From: a virus
Reading direction: 5' to 3' (one strand)
Length of the DNA stretch: 64,000 bases
IMG/VR virus record: IMGVR_UViG_3300012348_000173
Span: 1 to 64,000 of that record
Below the pieces are notes generated by a model, which searched no databases, was not told the origin of the DNA, and worked only from the letters and a program-made list of their open reading frames with translations. The position numbers were made by a program, and so were the translations under genes. This document shows positions 27,294 through 36,957 of the stretch, piece by piece. Position 1 is the stretch's first letter. Each line of letters begins with the position of its first letter.

Positions 27294-27845
27294 TTAACCG
27301 TTTAGATCTGTACCAACTGATGTCCAATATTGATAGTTAAGCTCAACAGTGAACTCTTCGATTGTATCGTTCGTTTCATAGTTAAGGTCGATCGCACTTA
27401 TGTTTGTTGGGAATGCGCCATAAAACGTATACCCATATGTTTCAATTTCATTGCGATCTAATTGTACAACTGACATTTGTCTCATATAGTCAAGAGCATT
27501 CGTAGAATTACCTTGAACATATTCACTTGTGTTAGTTGCGTGTGCATTTACCTTATCCATCCACTGCTCAAACGCGCTGCGAATTTCCATGCCCGTATCA
27601 TTGATAACAGTAATGGTCCAAGGTTCAAATGTACGGTCACCCGCAATCTTTAACTTACGACCGCGAAACGGAACTTCAATTGGAGCAATAACACTAGCTG
27701 GTAGTGCTGCTGCTTTAATCATAAAGCTAGTGGTTTCAATCGAAGGAGCAACAACATTTGTTGGAAAATGAACTGTTGCTTTAAATAGGTTAGGGCGAGC
27801 TCCGCCTCCAGCCAATTTACCTTTAAAATCTAATATTCCTGCCAT
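27294..27845 (-). CDS. gp19: Tail tube protein
   Basis: GGARPNLF, FRGR.LKIAGDRTFEPWTITVIND, IEEFTVE. Confidence 0.96.
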   Translation of the reverse strand: MAGILDFKGKLAGGGARPNLFKATVHFPTNVVAPSIETTSFMIKAAALPASVIAPIEVPFRGRKLKIAGDRTFEPWTITVINDTGMEIRSAFEQWMDKVNAHATNTSEYVQGNSTNALDYMRQMSVVQLDRNEIETYGYTFYGAFPTNISAIDLNYETNDTIEEFTVELNYQYWTSVGTDLNG

Positions 27846-27860
27846 AATTGTGATTATTTC

Positions 27861-27868
27861 TATTTATA
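27861..27868 (-). promoter_or_regulatory. Late promoter of gp19
   Basis: Exact TATAAATA. Confidence 0.8.
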
Positions 27869-27883
27869 AGTGTTTAGCGCTAA

Positions 27884-29647
27884 TTAGCCGACGATTTCTG
27901 AAAACTCAACGCCTGTTCGAGTAGCAATGAAATTCAGAGTTATCACGTTAATTGAACGTGAAGGCTTGAGGTAAATATCACCAACAAAACCATTTGAGTC
28001 AATTACTTGAGGTGTGTTATTGGATTCATTACATACAACTCTAAAATCAGTCAAGCCTCGACGAGCCTGAACGTTTCTTAGATATGGTTCAACCGCTGCG
28101 ACAAAAGCAGAGCGTGTAAACTCATCGTTTAATTCAAACAGAGAGTATTTTGCAAATGTAGCAATTGCCTTTTCAAGAGTAATGAACAGGCGGCGTACGT
28201 TAATGCGATCAAATGCACTTGGTCTCTTAAGTGCAGTCTTATCTCCGTATAGAACAATACCTTCGCCTGGGAAGCTAACAATTGGGTTAATACGAGCTTG
28301 ATATAGAGCATCGCGCTGTGTCTTATTTGGATTAAGAGCGAGCTTAGATACACCACGAAGCTGTCCGCGATTCAAACCACCTGGGCTAAACCATGGATCA
28401 GAAACCTGATCGGTATATGCACACAGACCCGCTAAGTGACCTGCATCTGGGACCCAGATATAACGGTCAACGTACTTATTGTACATCTGAACAGGAGTGC
28501 TACCAAATGATGCATAGCTAGTGCTGTAATAAGTTTCGCCATTGAAATAATCAACAACTGTTTGCGTCTTGTCTGCAGCAGAGTCAGTTATTCCTTCAAA
28601 TGCGATTGACATTGGAGCCGAAATAAATGCAAGAAGATCTTTTCGAGCGGTTGCGATATCTAAAACCTTAGCGTCAACGGTGTTTTGGTTTGCTTCAGTT
28701 GTCGTTTCGATGCTGATGCTTTCAGCAAATATGAAGTTAATGTCAACGGCATCAGCTTCTTCAAACAATTCAAGCGCGTCGATGATATTATCTTTAGTGA
28801 CCGTTCCATCTACACCACCATCGAGATCATAGACAAAAGTTGGTGTAGCTTTGTAGGTAAATTCACTACCGTCAGATGTAGCTGTCAGCACAATCTTAGC
28901 TGCGGATGTGAACAAATTACCTTCAAGACCATCAACATAAACATAATTTGAACGAGCATTAACTGCATCGATGAAGTAATTATTTGCGCCGTCAACCGTC
29001 TTAGCGTTTGATGCTAGGCTAAGTCCTTCAAACTTTTCGAGAACTTTATTTTTAGATCCGCTGAATTTTCCTTCTACGTCAATAACCAAGACTGCACATT
29101 CGTCGTATACGCTTTTTCCAGTAAGAGAGCGTGCCCAATCTGTAGTTTCAGGCAAGTATGATAGTTCAGAAATCCAGTCAGAAGAAACGCCTGAAGATAT
29201 ACCATAGCCATATGTAAAATCTCCGTCTGCATATTCGGTTATAACAACAACCTTTAGGCCGTTAGCTAGTGTTCCTGCAAATTTTCCGTATGCTCCAGCA
29301 GACACTGTTGCTGCATCAAATTCTTCAAGAGTTGAAACAACTGAAGGTAGAGCAGTTGTGCTGTATGCATTCTTTGCTGTTGAAGAAACCGCTCTGGATA
29401 CTTTTAGAGCATTTGAATACTTCAAGAAGCTTGCGGCTGTGAAGAACGAGCGCGCGGACTCGTCATTTGTTGTTGGAGCACCAAAGATGCTAGCAAGTTC
29501 AGCCTCGGATGAGACCGTAACAATGCGCCCTGTTGGACCCCATTTGAATTGTCCAGCATATGCACCAATTGAAGTTGATACTGCTGGAACGATATTTGTC
29601 ATGTCGATTTCATTAATCTCGACGCCTGGTGATAGTGAGAATCCCAT
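27884..29647 (-). CDS. gp18: Tail sheath protein
   Basis: SPGVEI.EID, F.WGP, PWFSPGG..RG, SAFDRINVRRLF. Confidence 0.97.
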   Translation of the reverse strand: MGFSLSPGVEINEIDMTNIVPAVSTSIGAYAGQFKWGPTGRIVTVSSEAELASIFGAPTTNDESARSFFTAASFLKYSNALKVSRAVSSTAKNAYSTTALPSVVSTLEEFDAATVSAGAYGKFAGTLANGLKVVVITEYADGDFTYGYGISSGVSSDWISELSYLPETTDWARSLTGKSVYDECAVLVIDVEGKFSGSKNKVLEKFEGLSLASNAKTVDGANNYFIDAVNARSNYVYVDGLEGNLFTSAAKIVLTATSDGSEFTYKATPTFVYDLDGGVDGTVTKDNIIDALELFEEADAVDINFIFAESISIETTTEANQNTVDAKVLDIATARKDLLAFISAPMSIAFEGITDSAADKTQTVVDYFNGETYYSTSYASFGSTPVQMYNKYVDRYIWVPDAGHLAGLCAYTDQVSDPWFSPGGLNRGQLRGVSKLALNPNKTQRDALYQARINPIVSFPGEGIVLYGDKTALKRPSAFDRINVRRLFITLEKAIATFAKYSLFELNDEFTRSAFVAAVEPYLRNVQARRGLTDFRVVCNESNNTPQVIDSNGFVGDIYLKPSRSINVITLNFIATRTGVEFSEIVG

Positions 29648-29732
29648 ATGTTTCCTTTCGTCAGTAGTTTATAATTTTAAGTTTAAGCATAATAAGGAGT
29701 ACATCAATGGTTGTATTTATTCAAAGGCATAT

Positions 29733-31328
29733 TTATAAGGCATTCCATTCATTTAAATCTGCTATCTGTCGTTCATAGTGTGCAGCGCTATCAGGTTTAT
29801 CTGAATTGGACGCACGCGAAATAAATCCAAATGGCGGAAGGTCTTCTTCCATTTCGCGAATCTTTTCGGCGTATAGCAAGTCTTTTAATTGATGATTACT
29901 CATTGCAGTAAATGAATCAGTACTCACGAACCACGCAAACAGCACCATGTTCATAACAAGGTCGTCATGACACCCTCCAGATGCAGCATAGCTATCGCCT
30001 TTTGGTTCAAACGATGATAGCTCAGTAATTGCATCAGCATCACAAACCTCAAGTCGTCCACGCTCAATTAGGTCCTTAAGATTACTGCAACCAATACGCT
30101 TAACGCGCTTACTCATTGTAACACCAATGCCATTATTCTTAACCGAGCTTGATACGAAAGTATTATCATACTCGTAGTCATAGTAGACGCTGTTGCATAC
30201 AACTTGTCCTGCATCATTGTTTTCAATAACAACCAATGCTTCATTGTAAGCTTTAGCGGCACGTATGATATACTCGGGAAACATCAGTGGAGATATGATA
30301 TTGCTTCGGTAAACACATACAGTAGTGAACGTCGTTTCAGTTACGTCAAAGATTGTGAATGTACTATAGTCTTGACCGCGACCTTTACTAACGTCAACAG
30401 TCATGACGTAGTTATGACCTGCTTTTGGTTCTACATAGTAACGCGTATCTTGCCACTCTTTAATTGGAGCACGTGCTTGTAATGCAAGTAGAGTATCAGA
30501 TGCAATTAGAGTTAAGCTACTTCCGATGAAGTCAACTTCAAATTCTTGACGGAACTGCAGCTCGCTTGTATTCTCGATCGTCTGTTGCTTCCAAGCCTCA
30601 TCGCGACCTGGCACTTCCCACCATTTAATCGTAAACGGTTTAAACGAGTTAGCATTTTGGATAGCTCCTTGCCAAAGTTTATAGAACATGTTACCTACGC
30701 CATTTGGAGTGGACGTAATAATTACTTTGGTATCCTTACCTGATGTAATAACAGGATATGTACTTGTATAGAATTCATTTGCCTTGTGAACGAATGCAAA
30801 CTCGTCAAGGAAAACAACGTTAAGCGAAAGACCACGAATAGAACTACCACTTGTTGCAGCTGCAATAACTTCGGAGTTATTTGAGAACTTGATGCTACCT
30901 TTGTTAAGAACCTTGCAACCTGGTTGAAGAAAGAACGGCAAGTTTTCAAGCATCAGCGTTAGACGAGCTAACATTTCTCGGGCAGTTGCTCCTTTGTTAG
31001 CAAGCATACCAATCTTCTTTTCAGAATTGAATATCACGTAGTGTAACAACCACGCAACGCTTGTAATACTTTTACCGCTTTGACGACATGCAAGAACAAT
31101 GTTGAATTTGTTGTCATTGAAGTGTTTGACCATCTTTGTCTGATAGCCACGTAACTTAAATGGAACAAGCCCTTTGTCAAGACTAATTACCTTTACGTAA
31201 TGTTCACAAAAGTAAGCAACGTCATCACGACAGCGAATGTACTCTTCAAGCTCGTGAGCTGTATAGTTTTGGACAACGCCGTCACGCTTGACGTAAATGT
31301 TCCCATTATAGGAATTATCGGTATTCAT
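29733..31328 (-). CDS. gp17: Terminase large subunit
   Basis: RQSGKS, LDEFAF, TSTPNG, DVSKGRGQDYS, HDDLVM. Confidence 0.97.
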   Translation of the reverse strand: MNTDNSYNGNIYVKRDGVVQNYTAHELEEYIRCRDDVAYFCEHYVKVISLDKGLVPFKLRGYQTKMVKHFNDNKFNIVLACRQSGKSITSVAWLLHYVIFNSEKKIGMLANKGATAREMLARLTLMLENLPFFLQPGCKVLNKGSIKFSNNSEVIAAATSGSSIRGLSLNVVFLDEFAFVHKANEFYTSTYPVITSGKDTKVIITSTPNGVGNMFYKLWQGAIQNANSFKPFTIKWWEVPGRDEAWKQQTIENTSELQFRQEFEVDFIGSSLTLIASDTLLALQARAPIKEWQDTRYYVEPKAGHNYVMTVDVSKGRGQDYSTFTIFDVTETTFTTVCVYRSNIISPLMFPEYIIRAAKAYNEALVVIENNDAGQVVCNSVYYDYEYDNTFVSSSVKNNGIGVTMSKRVKRIGCSNLKDLIERGRLEVCDADAITELSSFEPKGDSYAASGGCHDDLVMNMVLFAWFVSTDSFTAMSNHQLKDLLYAEKIREMEEDLPPFGFISRASNSDKPDSAAHYERQIADLNEWNAL

Positions 31329-31981
31329 TTTACAATTTTATCCTTTTGTTTAATCCAATTTGGAAATTTTTCACTCGCACAGCGATTGTATAGAGTATTT
31401 CTTGTTATGTTATATTTTTCAACAACTTCTTTTTCACCGATATACTCGATGCCTTCTATAATGTATACACAATATCTATGTGGTTGTTTAAAGCCAGGGG
31501 AATTGAATGTCTTTTTAACCGATTCGGCTCTTTTAAGTCTAACCTCTTCACTATCAGTCATTCCGCGTCTAGCATTAGCCCCAAGAATCGAATTCTCTTG
31601 ACACTTTTTCAATGCTTCCCCGGTTCTTTTCTTACCTCTTAATGCCATACCTATTGCTTTTCTGTGTTCTTCAGTTTTATGAATACTTGCAATAGCTAAA
31701 CCCGATCCTAAGTTTCTATTAAACCATTTGCGCTTATCCTTTATTAAAGTGAGCATGCGATGCTCATAGTTATATGCTTCTTCAATACTATTAAATGTTT
31801 TATGTATTCGATACCGAAAAGAATCTTTACCGTGCTGCTTAATTAGTTCTTTAACAATTTTTGAAGAAGAAAAGTAATGTATACCAAGGTCATCTTTCGG
31901 TGTACTCTTTGGTTTAATTCTAACTCCATAATAGAGCTGACCAGTTGGTTTGAATTTTAGAACATATGTATATGGACTCAT
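31325..31981 (-). mobile_element. Free-standing GIY-YIG (Seg-like) homing endonuclease gene
   Basis: YTY...YYGVR, YFSSS, E...FN nuclease motifs plus NUMOD3-like H.TEEHRKAI and MTDSEEVRLKR; AT-rich; own late promoter at 31987-31994. Confidence 0.8.
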
Positions 31982-32034
31982 GTATTTATTTATACATAAG
32001 GATTGCCATTTACTATGAATTTTCTAAGGTCATA

Positions 32035-32076
32035 ATGAATTTTGTTATTTACAAGATTACAAAAAGATGTTACAAT
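32035..32076 (+). promoter_or_regulatory. Second orphan plus-strand sigma70-type promoter
   Basis: TTTACA-N17-TACAAT with TGn; first 19 bp identical to the 17698 promoter. Confidence 0.7.
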
Positions 32077-32145
32077 TGGTCTATACCAAATAAGGAAACC
32101 ATCTAGTCTCGACTTAAGGTTAACCGAAGGTTCCCGAAGGGAGTA

Positions 32146-32601
32146 TCAAATATCAATTGGTTCTTCTCGGGACTTAAGGAACTTCTGGAGGTCAGCGGTT
32201 GTGCCAACGTAGATAGAATTATTAGTTACACTAGATGGAGCTGATGATGGTGAGACGCCCCCAACCGGTTCTTGAACAATTTTCTTTCGATTCTTTACAA
32301 GGTCAAGTAACGATGCATTCATATCAGCAGTATTCTTGATCATCGCCGTTAATACCTCAAATGCTCGAGGATGTTCTGCATCGGTAGCAAGTTCATGTAG
32401 ACGCTCAATGGCATCATCACTTGCAAGTATCAACTTCTTGATATGCGCGCGCGCAAATTCATAGTCATCTTCAGTGTCTTTAATTATGACTTCATTCGAC
32501 GGACCAACCGGAAGTACTTCGTTGTTATTTTCGGCTACAGTCGCTGGTAGGTTTGCTGTTAAGGAAGCAAGTATTTCATCTTTCGATTTCTTGTTAGTCA
32601 T
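32146..32601 (-). CDS. gp16: Terminase small subunit
   Basis: DDYEFAR...EHPRAFEV...NNSIYVGTTADLQKFL. Confidence 0.93.
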   Translation of the reverse strand: MTNKKSKDEILASLTANLPATVAENNNEVLPVGPSNEVIIKDTEDDYEFARAHIKKLILASDDAIERLHELATDAEHPRAFEVLTAMIKNTADMNASLLDLVKNRKKIVQEPVGGVSPSSAPSSVTNNSIYVGTTADLQKFLKSREEPIDI

Positions 32602-33853
32602 AATATGAAACTTGTGCAGTTGCGTTTAAAGAAGATCCTTTTGTTTTAAGTACACGATATGTAAGGATTACTTCTTGATTTGAAGGAATAGTTATACTTT
32701 GAGACTGTGGAGAAGTTGTACTAACTCCGTTCTCGCTAGACAAGACAAGGTCTCCATTGGCATAAACCTTAATGTAATCACCGGTCTCGCTTGATAAGTA
32801 TCCTGGAGTACTTGTTCCGTGTTGAGGATTAGCTAGCCAATTTAGATACAGAGTAATTTCTCCTTCGGCTCCATATGCACCTGCAGTAATAGCGTCTGGA
32901 TCCTGATTTTCATAGTTATTAAAGAAGCGAGTACTTACTGTGTATTCACTAGTATCATCGCTCATTGGTGCACTAAATTCCAATGATGGTCCGTTTAGAC
33001 TATCAACATCTATGTCTCCTCCAACATTTCTTTCAACTCTCCATTCCAATCCTGATAGAGTATCGGATATTGGAGGAAGGTCTTCAATGAACCCGTATGT
33101 GGTGGATACCGTAAAGTTACCATCTGCATCTGGCTCACTTGTTGCTTCAACACGCACAATTTCATCTGGCTTATCAGATGGAGAAACATCAATACCTGTA
33201 TGCATGCGTGCCTCAACCCACTTAATGATTTTAGCGCGCTGATCCATTGGTCCAGTAAACTTTACACGAATTGTAAAGTCAAGTGTATAGATGATTGTGC
33301 GACGTGACGCTTGAAAGTCACCTTCATAATCGTCTTGAAAGCTTACTCCTTGTAATGTGATTGGAATATCAGTACGCGATCCTGGACCTTCAAGATCCTT
33401 AACAGTTATGCTGTATTCAGGATTGAAGTAGGGAAGAATTTGCTCAACACATTGCAGTGCATCGTCCTGGTGACGTGCCAGAATGTTAAGCTGCATTCCA
33501 AGTATGTATGGCGTGCTTTGATAAACACGTGCTTTTTCAATCGTGTTTGTTTCGTTAATCGGATACAACGTGTTGTTAAGACGATTAAGCTTTGCGCCAG
33601 TGTCATATTGAATGCTAGTTATTTCAAACGACATGCGAGGTAAGCGAACCGCTACGTCAATTGGGCTGTTAGGATCAAATGAAGCAAGACGTGCAAGGAA
33701 CTTTTGACGTGGTGCATATGTTAACGGTACACGCGAAATGCCTTGCATCTTGCCGTTAATTAACTTAGCAATGCAGATGTTATTGAATAGAGTACCAAAG
33801 ACTGCGACAATAGTCTTAAGGCTCTTGTTATAAAAGTATGTGTTACCTAACAT
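32594..33853 (-). CDS. gp15: Tail sheath stabiliser/terminator with C-terminal extension
   Basis: YFYN...FGTLFNN, VPLTYAP.QKF, LPRMSFE, EQILPYF.P, DDYEGDF..RR; start at MLGNT. Confidence 0.92.
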   Translation of the reverse strand: MLGNTYFYNKSLKTIVAVFGTLFNNICIAKLINGKMQGISRVPLTYAPRQKFLARLASFDPNSPIDVAVRLPRMSFEITSIQYDTGAKLNRLNNTLYPINETNTIEKARVYQSTPYILGMQLNILARHQDDALQCVEQILPYFNPEYSITVKDLEGPGSRTDIPITLQGVSFQDDYEGDFQASRRTIIYTLDFTIRVKFTGPMDQRAKIIKWVEARMHTGIDVSPSDKPDEIVRVEATSEPDADGNFTVSTTYGFIEDLPPISDTLSGLEWRVERNVGGDIDVDSLNGPSLEFSAPMSDDTSEYTVSTRFFNNYENQDPDAITAGAYGAEGEITLYLNWLANPQHGTSTPGYLSSETGDYIKVYANGDLVLSSENGVSTTSPQSQSITIPSNQEVILTYRVLKTKGSSLNATAQVSYYD

Positions 33854-33854
33854 A

Positions 33855-34769
33855 TTAGAAGTCAAATGGCTCTCCGAAAGGATTCCCTTCGCTAAAATCA
33901 ATAAAATTATTCCCTTGGATTTCAAAGGTACTGTTTTGTGCAGCAAAGTCGTTTGTGAACGCGATACCGTTTCCGTCTTGCAAGTCAATAAGTTCGGTTA
34001 CAGTTGAAACTGTTCCGCTATCCTGACCCGTGAATGTTGTGCCGATTGTGATGCTATGAAACTGCCCATCGTCAAACAATAGAGCGCCAAAGCTAGCCGC
34101 AGTTAAATTGGTGTATTGCGCCACGCCAATAAACTTAGCACTGCCAGTGACTCCGCTGGGAAGGGTAATAGTACAATATTCATCAATCGCATGAACCTCG
34201 TTGTTAAGGAATTCCACATACGCTCTCCAAGGCTGTGTAACTGCGTGCTGAACGCCATCAACTTCAGGTACACCTGTATTGATATTTTCATTAGTGTATT
34301 CATAAACCTCACATGTTAATTTGAAGGTAGGAACATTGTTCAATTGGAAGAACGGTTGTTTATCCTCAACCCACTTAATCTCAAACAAGCCACTTGTCAT
34401 TGGGAAGTAAAGAAGATCTCCTTCTCGAGGACGTTGGCTATTTTCAGTGTAGCCAAATTTACCAATTAAAGTATTCCAACGACGACGCGATACAACCACT
34501 GTGATTTGATCTCGAATTTCAAGACCAAACTTAGATACCAATTTACCATCTCCTTCAAAACCGTCGATGCTTTCGACGTACATTTCAATCTTAAAAGCTT
34601 TATCAAACTGCGAAAGAAAATCTTCGTTCAAGATACGATCCATCTGAACAATCTTTCGCGGAATGTAGTACACATCATGGCCATAGATCTTCATCGCCTC
34701 GATTAGAATATCTTCGAGGAGATGCTTTTCGGAACGTGTTCCGTGACTGAAGTATACGTTGCGGGCCAT
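33855..34769 (-). CDS. gp14: Neck protein
   Basis: E..KIYG.DVYYIPR, SKFGLEIRD, RPREGDL, DFSE.NPFG. Confidence 0.93.
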   Translation of the reverse strand: MARNVYFSHGTRSEKHLLEDILIEAMKIYGHDVYYIPRKIVQMDRILNEDFLSQFDKAFKIEMYVESIDGFEGDGKLVSKFGLEIRDQITVVVSRRRWNTLIGKFGYTENSQRPREGDLLYFPMTSGLFEIKWVEDKQPFFQLNNVPTFKLTCEVYEYTNENINTGVPEVDGVQHAVTQPWRAYVEFLNNEVHAIDEYCTITLPSGVTGSAKFIGVAQYTNLTAASFGALLFDDGQFHSITIGTTFTGQDSGTVSTVTELIDLQDGNGIAFTNDFAAQNSTFEIQGNNFIDFSEGNPFGEPFDF

Positions 34770-34772
34770 GTA

Positions 34773-35522
34773 TTATCCTACAAAAAAGTCGACGGGCATT
34801 TGGTACTTGGAATCCCATGCTTCTTCCATCTTTTCAATATCATTGATTGCGTCATCATATAACTGACGGCCATTTAGAGTAACACCACCTGGAAGTTGTA
34901 GACCTTCAAACTTGATTAGGTTTGCTCCCCACTGACGCTTAAACAATGCAGTTGTGTAGCGCTTTAGAGCCATGTCATTATACACTTCAGTATAATCTTC
35001 AGGATTAACTGTCATGTAACATTCAATAATAATGTAGCCTCCCACGCGAAGGTACTTATGCCAATCATCTTGAATGGTCAGCTGATTCTTATGACGTGCA
35101 TACGTAATTTGCTGTGACGCTCCAGTGAGAGTCATTTCAATCAAGCTAAGATACTGCTTAGTGATTTCATAGTTAACCAACGCAGATGGGTTACGCAAAC
35201 CATACAAGTCATTAAGGAACATTTGATACTTAATGCTAAACATGTCAGCCGCATCACCACCCGCACTAAGGTTAAGAACACGTGTTACACTTAAGACTGC
35301 ATCAGGTAGCGTAATCACTCCATTTGTGATACTCTCTGACGTGATTTGATGCTTAATAAAAGTACGAACAACTGCATCACCATGATACTCTTGGTAAAAC
35401 TGAATTGCTTCATCAAGACGATCTTCAATTTGATCTTCGTCGATGTTAATTTCAATTACAGGAGCACCAAGATTGCGTAGGCAATATTCTGCGAGTTCTT
35501 GTCTGGATGATGGGCGGGCCAT
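34773..35522 (-). CDS. gp13: Neck protein
   Basis: YCLR.LGAPVIEIN, QWGANLIKF.G.QLPGG. Confidence 0.94.
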   Translation of the reverse strand: MARPSSRQELAEYCLRNLGAPVIEINIDEDQIEDRLDEAIQFYQEYHGDAVVRTFIKHQITSESITNGVITLPDAVLSVTRVLNLSAGGDAADMFSIKYQMFLNDLYGLRNPSALVNYEITKQYLSLIEMTLTGASQQITYARHKNQLTIQDDWHKYLRVGGYIIIECYMTVNPEDYTEVYNDMALKRYTTALFKRQWGANLIKFEGLQLPGGVTLNGRQLYDDAINDIEKMEEAWDSKYQMPVDFFVG

Positions 35523-35529
35523 AGTTATA

Positions 35530-35805
35530 TTATTGTGTGGCTGCTATCAAAGAAGCAATCTTATTGTTATAATTTTCCAAAAAAGAAACAGTTTCTTGAG
35601 GAGAAAGTGTGTATGTTTGTGCGTCTAACGATTTAAGCATACATCCTTGATTTAGGTTAATTGCAGATGTACATGTTGAGCTGTAATAATTCGTTTGATG
35701 CTGCAGTATTCCAACCAAGATTCCATCAACGATTATTCCATATTTAATCGCTTTATCTAAAGATCCTTTAGCCCACATCTTATCATAGTTAATTGTGTTG
35801 CTCAT
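35530..35805 (-). CDS. Hypothetical protein
   Basis: 91-aa ORF tightly packed in the late operon. Confidence 0.55.
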   Translation of the reverse strand: MSNTINYDKMWAKGSLDKAIKYGIIVDGILVGILQHQTNYYSSTCTSAINLNQGCMLKSLDAQTYTLSPQETVSFLENYNNKIASLIAATQ

Positions 35806-35807
35806 AG

Positions 35808-36290
35808 TTAAGGCGTAATATCTAAAGGTGTAAACGTAATGTGGAAATCTGCAGTATCTCCAGCGACTGGCAACCCGCCTGAAAGATAAAATCTAGTTAA
35901 GCTTTCAGTTGTGTAAAACATAGCCGATCCAAATTGAGTGCCGTGTGTTGATGGATCAGCTAAACCAAATGCTAATACATTTTCATCTATTGTATTCATT
36001 ACATGAAAGTCGTCAGTTGTTGAATTTGACCAAGTTCCACTTGGGAGAGAATTGACGTATCCAGTTAAAGATAGACCATGACTGCCCCAACTTGATGATA
36101 TGAAATTTTCAACATAAATCGCGACTGCATAATAACCATTTGGTATTTCAACATATTCCGTTGAAATTTGTCCATAACCAGGTTCATTTTGTATCCAGCT
36201 TATGTTTAAATTGAAGATACCTCCTGATGAAGATTCAGATGACTTTAGACCAACTGATGATAATCCCAGTGATGTACCCAATGACAACAT
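35808..36290 (-). CDS. Putative head-spike fibre protein (RcGTA Rcc01080-like N-terminus)
   Basis: N-terminal MLSLGTSLGL peptide, Ser/Gly linker, beta-rich domain; follows a spike-base-like gene. Confidence 0.45.
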   Translation of the reverse strand: MLSLGTSLGLSSVGLKSSESSSGGIFNLNISWIQNEPGYGQISTEYVEIPNGYYAVAIYVENFISSSWGSHGLSLTGYVNSLPSGTWSNSTTDDFHVMNTIDENVLAFGLADPSTHGTQFGSAMFYTTESLTRFYLSGGLPVAGDTADFHITFTPLDITP

Positions 36291-36291
36291 A

Positions 36292-36591
36292 TTAGAATAG
36301 CAAGATCAAATTTGCTGGAGCGGCAATTGATACCGTTGTGCCAATTGGATCAATTCCCTTGCCGCCATACGGATAAGTGCATCCGGACTTAACCGTGAAT
36401 GTAACTGTTACATCATCAACGCCAATGACCGAAACTGCACCATCAGCATTTACGTGAAATCCTTTAAAAATTCTTTCTGGAAAGTATGATTCGTTATCGG
36501 CCCAGCCGCTTTCTCCATAAGTGGTTGGAATATATGCATAGCTTAACGCGGACTGCGTATTTCGCATTGATGTTCTTTCAAATACTGTCAT
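36292..36591 (-). CDS. Putative head-spike base protein (RcGTA Rcc01079-like)
   Basis: 99 aa with G.V.V...D...VTF.V..G...P......GTT...LILLF pattern. Confidence 0.55.
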   Translation of the reverse strand: MTVFERTSMRNTQSALSYAYIPTTYGESGWADNESYFPERIFKGFHVNADGAVSVIGVDDVTVTFTVKSGCTYPYGGKGIDPIGTTVSIAAPANLILLF

Positions 36592-36596
36592 ATGAT

Positions 36597-36941
36597 TTAT
36601 TTATCCTCGTTATTGTTTTGATTGTTGTAAGGAAGAAATGATGCTGGGTTCTTGGAAAACTTTTGGCCTAGCTTAACAATTCCGGCAATGATCTCAGGTG
36701 ATATGACACCGATGATCCCATACGTTATTGCCTTGTATAAGCTGCTAATGTCAGTTTGCTCAAGTACAAACCAAGCAATGCCGCTAGCCATAGAAGCAGT
36801 GATTATCTTTTTAATTAGTTCCCAAATTGTTAATCGAGTGTTAGACGCTAGTATTCTTGCAATCATAGCAGTAGCTCCAATTAAAGGTATAACCCAGCCT
36901 TCTTCTAAAAAGGCCTTAATGATGGATTTATCCGGTTCCAT
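36597..36941 (-). CDS. Holin-like membrane protein
   Basis: Three hydrophobic segments and a charged tail; late promoter TATAAATA at 36947-36954. Confidence 0.55.
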   Translation of the reverse strand: MEPDKSIIKAFLEEGWVIPLIGATAMIARILASNTRLTIWELIKKIITASMASGIAWFVLEQTDISSLYKAITYGIIGVISPEIIAGIVKLGQKFSKNPASFLPYNNQNNNEDK

Positions 36942-36957
36942 GATACTATTTATATGA

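Noticed and set aside
1683-31328. Introns or inteins in gp43, uvsW, gp20 or gp17
   Set aside because: Lengths are ordinary, motifs are contiguous and no splice-junction signatures were seen
9850-33988. Longer N-termini in the ORF track for the DUF5664-like gene, CobT-like gene, gp46, gp47, gp3 and gp15
   Set aside because: The extensions run across promoters, terminators or upstream genes; downstream ATGs match the family N-termini or the promoter geometry
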